A stretch of DNA of 64,000 bases, from NCBI GenBank assembly GCA_963768305.1, contig CAVYHE010000010.1, positions 32,001 through 96,000 of the forward strand, given 5' to 3'. Made by a program: the position numbers and the translations under genes. The notes under the pieces were generated by a model that ran no database searches, had not been told where the DNA came from, and worked only from the letters and a program-made list of their open reading frames with translations. Of this stretch, positions 39,846 to 52,566 are shown one piece after another. Each line of letters opens with the position of its first letter. Position 1 is the first letter of the stretch. Origin of the DNA: an uncultured bacterium (lineage in GTDB: Bacteria; Margulisbacteria; WOR-1; CAVSGV01).

Positions 39846-41171
39846 ATGACGACAAAAGAAGAAATATTAAAGTCCGTAAAAGAAAATGATGTTGAGTTCA
39901 TAAGGCTTTGGTTCACGGATATTAACGGAATATTGAAAAGTTTCGCCATCGGGAAGGAAGAGCTGGAGGGGGCATTGACAGAAGGAATGGGTTTTGACGG
40001 GTCCTCGATCACGGGATTCCAGGATATCGAGGAATCGGACATGATAGCGATACCGGACCCGAGACTTTTGCCATACTTCCGTGGAGGCCGCAGGAAAAAT
40101 CCGTGGCAAGGATGATATGCGATATTTACCAGCCGGGAGGGAAGCCTTATGAAGGAGATCCGAGATACATATTGAAAAGGGCCTTGGAAAAAATGAAGAA
40201 AATGGGGTTCGACCATTTTTATGTAGGGCCTGAGCTTGAATATCTTCTATTTCAAGAATTCCGATAAGCCGGAGATAATCGACCAGGGCGGATATTTTGA
40301 CCTTACCCCTCTGGATATGGCTTCGAACCTCAGGAGAGAGACGGTCCTCGCGCTCAAATCGCTCGGCATCCACGTGGAATACAGCCATCACGAAGTCGCT
40401 CCTTCCCAGCATGAGATAGATATGCGATACGCCGACGGTCTTGGAATGGCGGATAATGTCGTGACCTATAAGCTGACGGTGAAAGAGATCGCGAACAAGA
40501 ACGGTGTTTACGCCAGCTTCATGCCGAAGCCGATGTTCGGGCAGAACGGTAGCGGAATGCACTGCCATCAATCGCTTTTCAAAGGCAAATCGAACATGTT
40601 CTTTGACGCGAAAGATAAATACAATCTCTCGGAGATTGGAAAATCATATATCGCCGGAATTTTAAAGCATGCGCCGGAAATGATCTCGATACTTGCCCCG
40701 TGGGTCAATTCATATAAAAGGCTTGTCCCAGGTTACGAGGCTCCTGTTTACATCGCCTGGTCCAGAAGGAACAGGTCCGCGCTGATAAGGGTTCCTATGT
40801 ACCAGCCCGGCAAAGAAGTAGCGACCCGAATGGAGCTTAGGTGCCCGGATCCGTCCGGAAATCCCTATCTTCAATTCGCGGTCATGCTGTCAGCCGGATT
40901 GAAAGGGATAAAGGAAGGCTACAAGCTTGCCGAACCGATGGAATTGAACCTTTATCACCTGACTGATGAAGAGCGGAAAGAAAAAGGGATCAAATCCCTT
41001 CCGGCTTCGCTGGGAGAAGCGATAGAGCTGGCAGAAAAATCCGAGTTCCTGAAGGAAGTGCTCGGCGAACACAGCTTTAACCGATTCATCGCCATTAAAA
41101 AGCAGGAGTGGGATGAATTCAGGATCCAGGTCACCGAATACGAGATCAAGAGATATTTCCCGATATTATAA
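39846..41171 (+). CDS. glnA: Glutamine synthetase type I-alpha (indels at ~40060-40240)
   Basis: VEFIRLWFTDI.G.LKS, FDGSSITGF, EESDM, HHEVAPSQHE, NGSGMH, NRSALIRVP; lacks beta insertion. Confidence 0.93.
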
Positions 41172-44100
41172 TGGCCGAAAGAGCGCGACAATAAAGTGCC
41201 GTATTCCGATAAAACATATGGTCTGTATGACCAGCGATTTGAACATGACAGCTGCGGCGTTGGATTTGTCTGCGATGTCAAAGGGAAAAAGATCCAATAA
41301 GATAGTCGCGCAGGGCCTGGAGGTATTAAGAAGCCTGGCGCACAGGGGAGCCACAGGCGCGGACCCGAAGACCGGCGACGGAGCCGGCATCCTTATCCAG
41401 ATCCCCGACGCGTTCTTCAGAAAGATCGCTAAAAAAGAAAATTTCGATCTCCCCGCCGCCGGCGAATACGGCACTGGCCTGATATTCCTTCCGACTAATT
41501 CCAAAGAGAAACAATTCTGCAAACAGGTGCTGGCAAAGTCGGTCAAAAAATTCGGGCAGGTATTGATCGGGTGGCGTAAGGTGCCCGTCGAAAGCGCGGT
41601 CATAGGCGTGACGGCAAGGGAGACTGAGCCCGCGATCGAACAGGTCTTCATCGGAAAAAGCAAAGGCGTAAAAGAACAGATCGAACTTGAACGAAAATTG
41701 TACCTCATCGGAAAGACGCCGAAAATCTTATCCGCGGATCCGCCCTGAAACAAAAGTCGTTCTTTTACATCACAAATCTTTCATGCAGGACCTTCTCATA
41801 TAAAGGGCTGCTGATGCCGGAGCAGGTCGAGGAATATTTCATTGACCTGAAGGATGAGACTATCAAGAGCGCGATATGCCTCGTGCATTCCAGGTATTCA
41901 ACCAATACTTTCCCGACCTGGGACCTGGCCCAGCCGTTCAGGTTCCTGGCGCATAACGGCGAGATAAACACTCTCCGCGGCAACATAAACTGGATGAAGG
42001 CGAAAGAAGGCCTGTTTAAAGAGCGGACTTTTCGGCAAGGACATTGAAGAGTTGAAGCCCGTCATAGTCCCCGGCGGCAGCGATTCCGCGGCGCTGGACA
42101 ATGCTTTTGAGCTTCTGACACTTTCCGGCAGGTCCATCCAGCACGCGATGATGATGCTTATTCCCGCTGCGTGGCAACAGAATGACCACCTGGACGAAAA
42201 AGCCGAGGATTTTTATCAGTATCCATGCCTGCCTGACGGAATCGTGGGACGGGCCGGCGGCGATCGCTTTCACCGACGGAACGCAGATCGGCGCCGTGCT
42301 GGACAGGAACGGCTTGAGGCCGGCCAGATACATAATCACGAAAAAGGGCCTCGTGGTCATGGCTTCGGAGGTCGGTGTTTTGAAGATCGACCCGGCGGAT
42401 ATCCTGAGATCCGGGCGGCTTGAACCCGGGAAAATGTTCTTTATCGATACCGAGCATGGGCGGATAATCGACGACAGCGAAATAAAAGAGAAAATGGCTT
42501 CGTCAAAGCCATACGGCGAGTGGCTTAAAGCGAATCTTGTTGACCTGGACGAACTGCCGAAAAAGAACATCGGATCAAAACTTCCGATGACATTATTCCG
42601 CTGATGAAGGCGTTCGGCTACACAAGAGAAGACCTGAACATGATAATGAAGCCGATGGCTGAAGCCGGTGCGGAGCCTGTCGGCGCCATGGGCGACGATG
42701 CCCCGCACGCGATACTTTCAAAAAGGCCTCAGCTTCTTTTCAGGTATTTCAAGCAGCTTTTCGCGCAGGTCACGAATCCCGCGATAGACCCTATAAGCGA
42801 AGAAATCGTCATGAGCCTGGAGAACTTTATCGGCCCGGAAAAGAATTTCCTGGATGAAACCCCGTCGCACTGCCAGGAAGCTCAGGATAAGCCACCCTAT
42901 CCTTACAAATGACGAGCTTGAAAAGATCAAAAGTATCAATAAAAAACGGATTTAAGACTAAGGTCATATCTTTGCTTTTCAGCCTGAAGAAAAAACAGGG
43001 GCTATTAAAGCTCTGGACAGGATATGTGAGGAAGCTGTGGCCGCTATAAAGAACGGCTATTCGTTCATCATTCTAAGCGACAGGGGAGTGAATCAAAATA
43101 TGCCGCTTTGCCGATACTGCTCGGTACGGGAGCCGTCCATCATCATCTGGTAAGGAGATCGCTCAGGACGCAGATCGGTATAATAGTTGAGAGCGGCGAG
43201 CCAAGGGAAGTGCATCATTTCGCCCTGCTTTTTGGTTATGGTGCGGATGCCGTCAATCCATATCTGGCATATGGCATAGTTGAAAAAATGGCAAATGACG
43301 GCGAACTGCAGATGGACCGCGAAAGCGCCGTAAAAAAATACAGGAAGGCCGTCGACAAAGGCATATTGAAAATACTCTCAAAAATGGGGATATCCACTCT
43401 TCAAAGCTACCGCGGCGCGCAGATATTCGAAGCGATTGGGCTTGGCCGCGAGGTGATAGACAGATGTTTTACCGGCACTGTTTCCAGGATAGGCGGGGCA
43501 GGTTTTGACATCGTGGCAAAAGAAGTGACGATAAGGCATGACGAGGCTTACCCGGACAGAACGGGCGGCAACATTATCCTTGATGTCGGCGGCTTTTATA
43601 AGTGGAAGAGGGACGGGGAATTCCATCTCTGGAACCCGGATAGCATCGCCGCATTGCAGGACGCGACCAGGACGAACGATTATGAAAAATACAAGGAATT
43701 CGCCGGACTCATCAACGACCAGTCAAAAAATCCGACCACATTAAGAAGCTTGTTGAAATTCAAAAAATGCCAACCCGATCCCGCTGGATGAAGTGGAACC
43801 GGAAGACAAAATAGTAAAGCGTTTTGTCACGGCGCCATGAGCTTCGGCTCCATAAGCAGGAGCACACGAATCGCTGGCGATCGCGATGAACAGGCTTGGC
43901 GGAAGGTCAAATACCGGTGAGGGCGGCGAAGATCCCGCGAGGTTCTCCCGCTGCCGAACGGCGATTCGATGAGAGTCCGGTAAAGCAGGTGGCTTCCGGC
44001 AGGTTCGGCGTAACGACAAATTATCTCGTCAATGCGGATGAGCTGCAGATAAAGATCGCGCAGGGCGCGAAGCCGGGCGAAGGCGGGCAGCTTCCCGGCC

Positions 44101-45733
44101 ATAAGGTGAGCGAGATAATCGCCAAGAACAAGATATACCACTCCCGGCGTGACCCTGATATCGCCGCCGCCGCACCATGATATATATTCGATCGAGGACC
44201 TGGCGCAGCTGATATTCGACCTGAAGAACACCAATCCCGAGGCCAGGATAAGCGTAAAGCTTGTTTCGGAGATCGGCGTCGGCACGATCGCTGCGGGAGT
44301 GGCAAAAGGGCCATGCCGACATGATACTGATATCCGGCGGCAGACGGCGGCACAGGCGCTTCTCCTTTAAGCTCCATAAAACATGCGGGACTTCCCTGGG
44401 AGCTGGGCATTTCCGAAACACACCAGACGCTTGTGCTGAACGACCTGAGGAGCAGGGTGAGACTGCAGACGGACGGGCAGATGAGGACCGGGAGGGATGT
44501 TGCGATAGCCGCGCATGTTGGGCGCCGAAGAATACGGTTTCTGCACTGCGGCGCTGATCGTTCTGGGATGCGTCATGCTGAGGCATTGCAACCTGAACAA
44601 TTGTTCGGTGGGCGTGGCGACGCAGGATGAGGATCTTCAAGCAAGGTTCAGGGGAAAGCCGGAGCATGTTGATGAATTATTTCAATTTCGTCGCCAGGGA
44701 ACTGCGGGAGATAATGGCTGAGCTTGGGCGTAAGAAAAATTGACGACCTGATAGGCAGGACCGATCTGCTGGAAGTGAATAAGGATATACTTCCCTGGAA
44801 AGCGAAAGGGATAGATTTTTCAAGAATACTTTATTCAAGCCGGAGGTGCCGAAACGAAGATCGGCGTTTTCTGCCAGAATCAGCAGGACCACGGAATCGA
44901 TAAAGTCCTGGACAGGAAACTTGATCGAAATGGCGGAACCTGCCATTAAAGAACGGCAAGCCCGTAAAGATCGAATTTGCCATCAACAATACGAACAGGA
45001 CCACCGGGGCGATGCTGAGCGGCGAGGTTTGCAAAGTTACGGCGAAGCAGGGCTTGCCGGAAGATACGATCCATTGTAAATTCAACGGCGTCGCCGGCCA
45101 GAGTTTCGGCGCGTGGCTTGCGAAAGGGGTCACTTTTGAGCTGGAAGGAATGGCAAATGATTATGTCGGCAAAGGGATATCCGGCGGCAAGATCATCATT
45201 TATCCGGACAAGAAGTCAGATTACTATGCCGGAAGAGAATATCATAATCGGCAATACCACTTTCTACGGCGCGATAACCGGAGAAGCTTACATCAGAGGG
45301 GTGGCCGGAGAAAGGTTCTGCATCAGGAATTCCGGGCTTGAATGCGGTCGTCGAAGGAGTAGGCGACCACGGATGCGAATACATGACAGGCGGCAGGGTA
45401 GTCGTGCTTGGAAAGACCGGAAGGAATTTTGCGGCGGGCATGTCCGGCGGGATCGCCTATGTTTATGATAAGGACGGCGACTTTCAAGGACAAATGCAAC
45501 ATGGAAATGGTCAGCTTTGAGCCGCTTGACGGCGAAGACGTCCAGGTCATAAAGGAGCTTTTAATGAACCATCATAAATATACGGAAAGCCCATTGGCCA
45601 AAAAGATCGTCGATAATATTGAAGCCGCATTTAAAGAAATTCGTAAAAGTAATGCCGCTCGAATACAAGCGCGTTCTTGAAGGAAAAAATGCGTGAGGAA
45701 AAATCGGATATTTCGGAGGATTCGGATGGGTGA
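41171..45733 (+). CDS. gltB: Glutamate synthase large subunit (heavily fragmented by indels)
   Basis: [84 protein letters not shown]-like, GCEYMTGG across frames. Confidence 0.93.
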
Positions 45734-47119
45734 CATAAAAGGATTTATGAAATTCAAGAGAAGGAGCCCGAATACCGGCGCGCGTGCGACCGCGTAAAGG
45801 ATTACGGCGATGTGCTGGTCATGAGGAGCGAGGGGAATTCCAAGGAACAGGCGTCGCGCTGCATGGATTGCGGAACGCCTTTCTGCAACTTCGGCTGCCC
45901 CATAGGCAACTATATTCCCGAATGGAACGACAGTGCTTATACCGGACACTGGAGAACGGCATTCGACCTTCTTAACGCGACGAACAATCTTCCGGAAATA
46001 ACCGGAAGGGTATGTCCGGCGCCGTGCGAATATGCCTGCGTCCTCGGGATAAATGACGATCCAGTTACGATCAGGGAAAATGAGCTTTCCATTATCGAAT
46101 ATGCTTTTGACCACGGACTTATAAAGGCCGTTCCACCGAAGAAGCGGACCGGGAAAAAGGTAGCTGTCATCGGCTCCGGCCCGTCCGGCCTGTCGGCTGC
46201 TGCGCAGCTTAACATCGCAGGACACAAGGTGACCGTGTTTGAAAAAGACGATAAGATCGGCGGGATAATGAGATACGGGATACCCGATTTCAAGCTTGAA
46301 AAAAGGATACTTGACCGCAGGATAGCCATATGGAAAAAAGAAGGGATAAATTTCGTTACGGGAGTTAATGTCGGGACCGATATTTCCCCGTCAAAATTAC
46401 TGGAAGAATTTGACGCAGTTTGCCTTGCGGGCGGCTCCAGGGTCCCAAGGGACCTGAAAGTGGAAGGAAGGGAGCTTTCGGGCATCTATTTTGCGCTGGA
46501 TTTCCTGACGCAATCGAATAAAAAAGTTTCAGGACAAAAGATACCGGCGAAAGACCTGATCGATGCGAAAGGGAAAAAAGTCGTGGTGATCGGCGGCGGA
46601 GACACGGGAGCCGACTGCGTCGGGACCGCCAACCGCCAGGGAGCGAAGAGCGTCACCCAGATAGAAGTCCTGCCGAAACCGCCGGAAGACAGGCCTTTGG
46701 GCCAGCCATGGCCGGCATATCCGGCTATACTTAAAACATCCACAAGCCACGGGGAAGGATGCGAAAGATACTGGTCGGTCGTGACCAAAAAGTTCGCCGG
46801 CAAAGGCGGCAAAGTGAAAAAGCTGATATGCGAAAAGGACGGGAAACCCTTTGAGATCGAAGCCGATATGGTTGTACTGGCAATGGGATTCCTTCATCCC
46901 GATAGAACAGGGTTTATCGAAAAGCTCGGCCTGGAGATTGACCAGAGGGGCAATGTTAAGACAGGCGACGATTTCATGACCTCCAAAAAAGGCGTATTTT
47001 CCGCCGGCGACATGCGCAGGGGGCAATCCCTGATCGTATGGGCCATAAGCGAAGGCCGCAAAGCCGCGCGCTCGATAGATATTTTCCTAATGGGAAAGAG
47101 CAACCTTCCAGCCATTTAG
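45726..47119 (+). CDS. gltD: Glutamate synthase small subunit (indel near 5' end)
   Basis: MGDIKGF start; QASRCMDCGTPFC..GCP, TGRVCPAPCE, GSGPSGL, GGGDTG.DC, GDMRRGQSLIVWAI.EGR. Confidence 0.95.
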
Positions 47120-47170
47120 CTTTTCCTCACTTCTTCCCCTTACTGAGCCTTATTCCCCCTATTTTCCATG

Positions 47171-47197
47171 CAAGTTTTTGCCGTCTTTACACGATAA
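47171..47197 (+). promoter_or_regulatory. Possible alternative-sigma (sigma28-like) promoter
   Basis: CAAG-N15-CACGATAA; same spacing recurs at 54727-54753 and 54831-54857. Confidence 0.4.
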
Positions 47198-47228
47198 TAT
47201 AAATGTAAAGAACGCATGGAGGGCAAAA

Positions 47229-47429
47229 ATGGCGAATGATGGAATAACGAATATAAAATTTTATAATGCGCCAAAAGATATAACTAATTACGTCGCTCAA
47301 AAAAATCAAGCTGCGCCCGATGACGCGATCAAAAAATATCTTGCAAATGTGCTTACAAAATTCTTTGCTTCCACCGGATGCGATCCCAATTGGGTCGAAG
47401 TGATAGTTCCTGACGAGATGAAAATATGA
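47229..47429 (+). CDS. Hypothetical protein (may join the next ORF if an indel is present)
   Basis: GGAGGG SD before ATG 47229; ATGA overlap with next ORF. Confidence 0.55.
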   Translation: MANDGITNIKFYNAPKDITNYVAQKNQAAPDDAIKKYLANVLTKFFASTGCDPNWVEVIVPDEMKI

Positions 47430-47860
47430 AATGCGATCTTAAAACATTCACGGAAAAAATCGTAAAGTCCCAGAACATGGGCTACGTGCATTTACTTGAA
47501 GAAGCCCTTAATAATGCGGATATCATAACCAAAGATGTCCTTCCCTTGGTAAGTGTGAACAAAGGGAACCTCAAACAAAATCCGAGCGCAAAGATGGCTC
47601 CAATAACGATAGATCTGAATAAAGCCATTCCCCGAAAGAACATCGAAGCAAAGAAACCTGTTGATTTGGCATCGGGAACTCTATCTGAGCAAGGTTCCAT
47701 TTCAAAAGCAGGCATTATCGGCGGGTCTCCTGCAGTGAACGGAATTAAGATCGATGAAAATTCATCTAACGCCGGTGATAGGTGGAGTGACGGTTTCATT
47801 GTAAAAACGGCATTTGAATTGGTCAAAAATCAAGCCGCCAAAAATGTCGGGAACGCATAG
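47426..47860 (+). CDS. Hypothetical protein
   Basis: 144-aa ORF, operon-like packing, no recognisable motif. Confidence 0.55.
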   Translation: MKCDLKTFTEKIVKSQNMGYVHLLEEALNNADIITKDVLPLVSVNKGNLKQNPSAKMAPITIDLNKAIPRKNIEAKKPVDLASGTLSEQGSISKAGIIGGSPAVNGIKIDENSSNAGDRWSDGFIVKTAFELVKNQAAKNVGNA

Positions 47861-47868
47861 AGGGAAAA

Positions 47869-48369
47869 ATGATAAACGAACAACATAAATACGAAGTCGA
47901 AAAGATCCTCAAAGCGTTCTGGCTGGCTCATGGAAAACCCATAGCCGTGAATGCCATGCATACCACAGTGAACGTGGAGCCGAAATTCATCATCGGGAAC
48001 CGAATAAATCCGGAGGTCGCTAAAAAGATAATAGGGGTTTACCTCTCTCATTTGACTTCGGATAAGGTCGTTACTGATCAGGTTGTGATCAATAGCGACG
48101 GCATAAAGGTTTTTGATGAGGGCAAGATGGTCGTTGAGATAGTTAACAGCAGGTTCGTTGATTCAGTCTCGAACAATGTGACCTCGCAGGTCGGGAAAGA
48201 GCTGGTGAAAAAGGAGAAGAAAGGCGGCGGAACTTATATTAACTCGGCCAATAAGGAAACCTTCACTTTCGGCGAGATAAAACAGGCTCTGGCGGAATTC
48301 CTCATGGATTCCGGCAAGAACGATTCAAAGAACATGCTTAAAGACGCGGTCCTGCTTCTCGTGAAATAA
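47869..48369 (+). CDS. Hypothetical protein
   Basis: GAGGG SD; 166-aa ORF converging on the SurA-like gene. Confidence 0.65.
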   Translation: MINEQHKYEVEKILKAFWLAHGKPIAVNAMHTTVNVEPKFIIGNRINPEVAKKIIGVYLSHLTSDKVVTDQVVINSDGIKVFDEGKMVVEIVNSRFVDSVSNNVTSQVGKELVKKEKKGGGTYINSANKETFTFGEIKQALAEFLMDSGKNDSKNMLKDAVLLLVK

Positions 48370-48372
48370 CCG

Positions 48373-49311
48373 CTAGAAAAGTTTCCCCAGTTTTTCGTTC
48401 AGGATTATCTTCGCATTCGCTTTTTCTTCCTGCAGGTCATTCTGGAACTGGGTGCGGGCTTTTTCAGAAAGGAGGAATTTCCGTATATTGTCCTTTATGT
48501 CCTCGAGCTTTGTCTCTTTGGCGGGATCTTTTCCACGACCTTGAATATGTAATATCCGGCTTCCCGGAAGTTATATCGCTAATATCATTCTTTTTCAGCT
48601 CGAATATCTGAGAATCGTCGTATACAGGAAGCTGGCCTCTCTCAACGGCCCCGATATCTTCGCCTATGAATTTGGCCCCGGCATTAAGGTTCTGTTTTTC
48701 CGTTTGGATATCCTGAAGGTCTTTCATGAAAATCTGCTTGAGATGTATTTTTTCTTTCCGGAAATACAGGTCCCTATTATTGTCATAAAAAGCCTTTATC
48801 TCTTCATCCGACACCGCCAGAGTTTTTGCTCTCATTTCCATCAGTTTTTCGACTATAAGCTGCTTTCTTGTGTCCCTTTCCAGGTCATCCATTGTCATTC
48901 CCTGGTCATCCAGGGACTGGTAGAATTCTTTTTTCGAGGGGAAGGACTTTTTCATTTCGGCTATCCTGGAATTCACGGCCTTATCCTTTATTTCCAGGCC
49001 TTCTCTTTCTGCCCATTGGAGAAGGATGACGGATTCTATCATCTGTTCAAGGACGGATTTCCTTGTATCCTGAAGGAGAGCCTGCTCATCGGCCGCTTCT
49101 ATACTTGTGGATTTGGTAATGTCCTTCATAGCCGCGTCAACCCTTCTGTTGAAAAGATCCATGGAGATAGTGTCATCGTTCACCTTGGCGGCCCATTCAA
49201 CGGGCTTTTTAAGGGCGGTTTTGACCATAGTATGTTTTGGCTTTACGATTGAGAGCGCGGGCAATGAAGCTATGGAAATGATGAAAGAAGAAGGAAAAGC
49301 TTGTTTTTCAT
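48373..49311 (-). CDS. SurA N-terminal domain/PrsA-like foldase (indels at both ends)
   Basis: AAKVNDDTIS, VLEQMIESVILLQ.A...G, VSDEEIKAFYD.N; classic position after mfd. Confidence 0.8.
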
Positions 49312-49359
49312 AGGAGATGAAATTTAGCATAAATGAAGATGGAAGTAAAGCAGAAGGGA

Positions 49360-52300
49360 TTATTTGCTCTGTCTGATCTTATCTTTTATAATATCGAACC
49401 ATTTTATTTTTGGAACGCCCGACATTTTAATGAGCATGGGTTTTTTAAGTTCGAACTTTATCTCAACACTATCAGATCCTCCTGTAATGCTTGTTACGTT
49501 CATGTTCCCTGCTTCGATCTTAAGCTCGATGATCTTAAATAGCGTTTCAAGCTCAGAAGGAATATTCCCGAACCTGTCGGTAACCTCTTTTTTCAGGTCA
49601 TCAAGTTCGCCGAAGTCATTAAGAAAATTCATCCTCCTGTACAGCGCGATCCTCTGCCTGTCGTCCTCCACGTAATCCTTTGGGATGAAAGCGTCTATTT
49701 TCAGGTCAATGAACACCTTTTTGGCCGTGGGGACGGAGATGTGCTGTATCTCCCTTACGGATTCTTCCAGCAAGTCGCAGTACATATCAAAGCCGATGTT
49801 AAGCATGTGGCCGCTCTGCTCGCCGCCAAGGACATTGCCTGCGCCCCGTATTTCCAGGTCCGCCATCGCCAGCTTGTACCCGCTTCCGAGAGCCGTGAAT
49901 TCCTGTATCGCCTTCAACCTTTCTAGTGCCTTGCCGGTAAGGACCTTCTCTTTGTGATAAAGAAGATACGCGAATGCCCTTGTTGAAGACCTGCCTACCC
50001 GGCCTCTTATCTGATAAAGCTGCGAAAGGCCGAAATCGGACGCGTTGTCTATTATGACGGTATTCACGGATGGGATATCAAGGCCGGATTCTATTATGCT
50101 GGTGGAGACCAGCACGTCGAATTCCCTGTTGATGAACTTGATCATTATATCTTCAAGCTGGGAGCCTTTCATCTGGCCGTGGGCCACGGCAAGTCTTGCC
50201 TCAGGAACGACGCGCTTGATCAAAGACGCCATATTATCGATGCTCCTTACGAAATTGTGGACAAAAAATACCTGGCCGCCTCTTTCAAGTTCTCTCCTTA
50301 TTGCCTCTTTTATGATGTTCTCGTCGAATTCCCTCAAGTATGTCCTGACGGGCGAGCGGTCCAGCGGAGGTGTTGCTATGATGCTCATCTCCCTGACACC
50401 GGAAAGCGACATGTAAAGAGTCCTCGGTATAGGCGTTGCCGTAAGAGTGAGGACGTTCACTTTATTCGCGATCTGCTTGATCTTTTCCTTATGCGAAACT
50501 CCGAATTTCTGCTCCTCATCGATTATCAATAGCCCCAAATTGTGGAACTTAATGTCTTTCTGTAAAATCCTGTGCGTTCCGATCACTATGTCCACCGCTC
50601 CGGTTTCCAGGGACTTGACAACCTGCGCCTGTTCCTCCCTGCTTTTATATCTTGACAGCATTTCGACGGTGAAAGGGTAGGGTTTGAACCTTTCCGAGAA
50701 AACGTGAAAATGCTGGTCAGCGAGGACTGTAGTGGGAGTGAGGACCGCGACCTGCTGGCCGGAAAAAGCTGTCTTAAAAGCCGCCCGCAGGGCGACTTCC
50801 GTTTTTCCGTATCCCACGTCTCCGCAAACAAGCCTGTCCATTAGCTTGCCGCTCTCCATCTCATTTTTTATATCTGCTATCGCTGTTTTTTGATCCGGGG
50901 TTTCTTCATAGGGGAAGGCCCTTTCGAATTCAGTTTCCCAGGCTGAATCGGGTGGATACCTGAACCCTTCCATGTTGTGCCTTGAAACATAAAGGTCCAT
51001 CAGCTCTTTCGTCATATCCTTAATGGACTTTTTTGCGCGGGACCTTTGCCTGGCCCACTCCGTTCCCCCCAGGCGGCTTATTTTCGGCGTATAATCTCCT
51101 TTGCCGGAATATTTCTCCACAAGCCCCATCTGATGCAAAGGCACGTAAAGCCGGTCCTCGTGAGCATAATCGATCTGGATGTATTCCTGAAGAGCCCCGC
51201 CGATCTCAAGCTTTTTCAAACCCCTGTATATGCCTATCCCGTAATTGGAATGGACAACGTAGTCCCCGAGCTGAAGCTGCGCAAGAAGCTTTTCGGATAC
51301 GCCTTCGAGCGGCTTCGGTGTGAATTTCACTTTTGATGGGCGGCTCCCGAATATTTCCTTATCCGTCAGTACCTGCAAGCCGCCGCCGTAAAAGCCCTTT
51401 TCAAGCTCGCCATAAAGCAAAAATATGCCTTTTTCGATCGCCGTTGGGACAGCTTCAACCCTTTTTACGAATATATCCTTTTCGGTGAAAAATTCGCTCA
51501 AGCGGTCCGCCTGCCTGCTGATGATAAAGGTCGAGATCCGGTCCTTTTCTGACTCGATCTTTTCGGCAAGCTGATCAAGTTTTCCCATGAAGTCGGCCGC
51601 CGGCGAAAGATCGAAAGAAATATCGCCTGCGCTGTTCACTTTTTCAATGATCTGGTGCTTGGATGCAATATTCTCGAATTCATCGATATCAAGATAGAAT
51701 TGCCCTTTTGAATCACCCCTTAATTCCTCTATTTCCTTGATTAGCTTTTCCTGGGAAAGCTTGAGGGTCTGGGGGTCGTCCAAAACTATCAGAGCATCTT
51801 CCGCCAAATATTCAAAAATGGCGCTGAAATCGCGGAATATTTCCGGGATCCTTAGCTCTATACCGTCCTTGTATTCCTCGGGGTTTTCAAGAACGACCTC
51901 ATGGATTGGGAATATCTTTATCTTATTCACATCAGAGCTCGATCTCTGGCTGGCAGCGTCAAAGGACCTTATCGTTTCTATTTTATCGCCTATAAGCTCA
52001 ATTCTGGCCGGATTATCAAGGTTCGGCGCGAATATATCCACTATACCGCCCCTAACTGAAAATTCGCCTCTTTCCCCTACGATATCCCTTCTCCTGAATC
52101 CGATCCTTACCAGCTGTTTTATCAGTTGGTCAAGATCTATCTTTGGGGCGGAAACGCTCAATGATATCGTGTTTTCTTTAAGGGCCTTTTTGGACGGCAC
52201 CCTTGTTATTGCCGATTTTATGTTCGCGGTCAGGACCAGCTTTTCGCCGCTTAATAAGCGGTCCAGTATTTTCTGCCGCTCTCCGGTTATTTCTGAGCTG

Positions 52301-52566
52301 GGGGAAATATCTTCGGTAGGGTAGGTGTCCCAGGAAGGAAAATAAAAAACACGATCGCCGCCAGAGAACGCTTTTACGTCGCCGGACAACTGTTCCGCGT
52401 CCTGAGATATGACAATGATAGTGCGGCCTGTCTTGAGGGAAAGAGCGGAATAGAAAGCCGCGGCCGAGCTGCCGTAAAGTCCTTCAACTGTTCCTTTTTT
52501 TCTTTCCAAGGCCCTAGCGGTGCGGGGGTCATCAGAAAGTTTTTTTGTTAATTCGATGAGGTTCAC
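49360..52566 (-). CDS. mfd: Transcription-repair coupling factor
   Basis: GEFSVRGGIVDIF, DYVVH..YGIG.Y, MDRLVCGDVGYGKTEVA, DEEQKFGV, TATPIPRTL, QIRGRVGRS, DLEIRGAGN. Confidence 0.98.
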   Translation of the reverse strand: MNLIELTKKLSDDPRTARALERKKGTVEGLYGSSAAAFYSALSLKTGRTIIVISQDAEQLSGDVKAFSGGDRVFYFPSWDTYPTEDISPSSEITGERQKILDRLLSGEKLVLTANIKSAITRVPSKKALKENTISLSVSAPKIDLDQLIKQLVRIGFRRRDIVGERGEFSVRGGIVDIFAPNLDNPARIELIGDKIETIRSFDAASQRSSSDVNKIKIFPIHEVVLENPEEYKDGIELRIPEIFRDFSAIFEYLAEDALIVLDDPQTLKLSQEKLIKEIEELRGDSKGQFYLDIDEFENIASKHQIIEKVNSAGDISFDLSPAADFMGKLDQLAEKIESEKDRISTFIISRQADRLSEFFTEKDIFVKRVEAVPTAIEKGIFLLYGELEKGFYGGGLQVLTDKEIFGSRPSKVKFTPKPLEGVSEKLLAQLQLGDYVVHSNYGIGIYRGLKKLEIGGALQEYIQIDYAHEDRLYVPLHQMGLVEKYSGKGDYTPKISRLGGTEWARQRSRAKKSIKDMTKELMDLYVSRHNMEGFRYPPDSAWETEFERAFPYEETPDQKTAIADIKNEMESGKLMDRLVCGDVGYGKTEVALRAAFKTAFSGQQVAVLTPTTVLADQHFHVFSERFKPYPFTVEMLSRYKSREEQAQVVKSLETGAVDIVIGTHRILQKDIKFHNLGLLIIDEEQKFGVSHKEKIKQIANKVNVLTLTATPIPRTLYMSLSGVREMSIIATPPLDRSPVRTYLREFDENIIKEAIRRELERGGQVFFVHNFVRSIDNMASLIKRVVPEARLAVAHGQMKGSQLEDIMIKFINREFDVLVSTSIIESGLDIPSVNTVIIDNASDFGLSQLYQIRGRVGRSSTRAFAYLLYHKEKVLTGKALERLKAIQEFTALGSGYKLAMADLEIRGAGNVLGGEQSGHMLNIGFDMYCDLLEESVREIQHISVPTAKKVFIDLKIDAFIPKDYVEDDRQRIALYRRMNFLNDFGELDDLKKEVTDRFGNIPSELETLFKIIELKIEAGNMNVTSITGGSDSVEIKFELKKPMLIKMSGVPKIKWFDIIKDKIRQSK

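Noticed and set aside
47120..47167. Pyrimidine-rich tract after gltD as terminator or repeat
   Set aside because: No hairpin or regular period.
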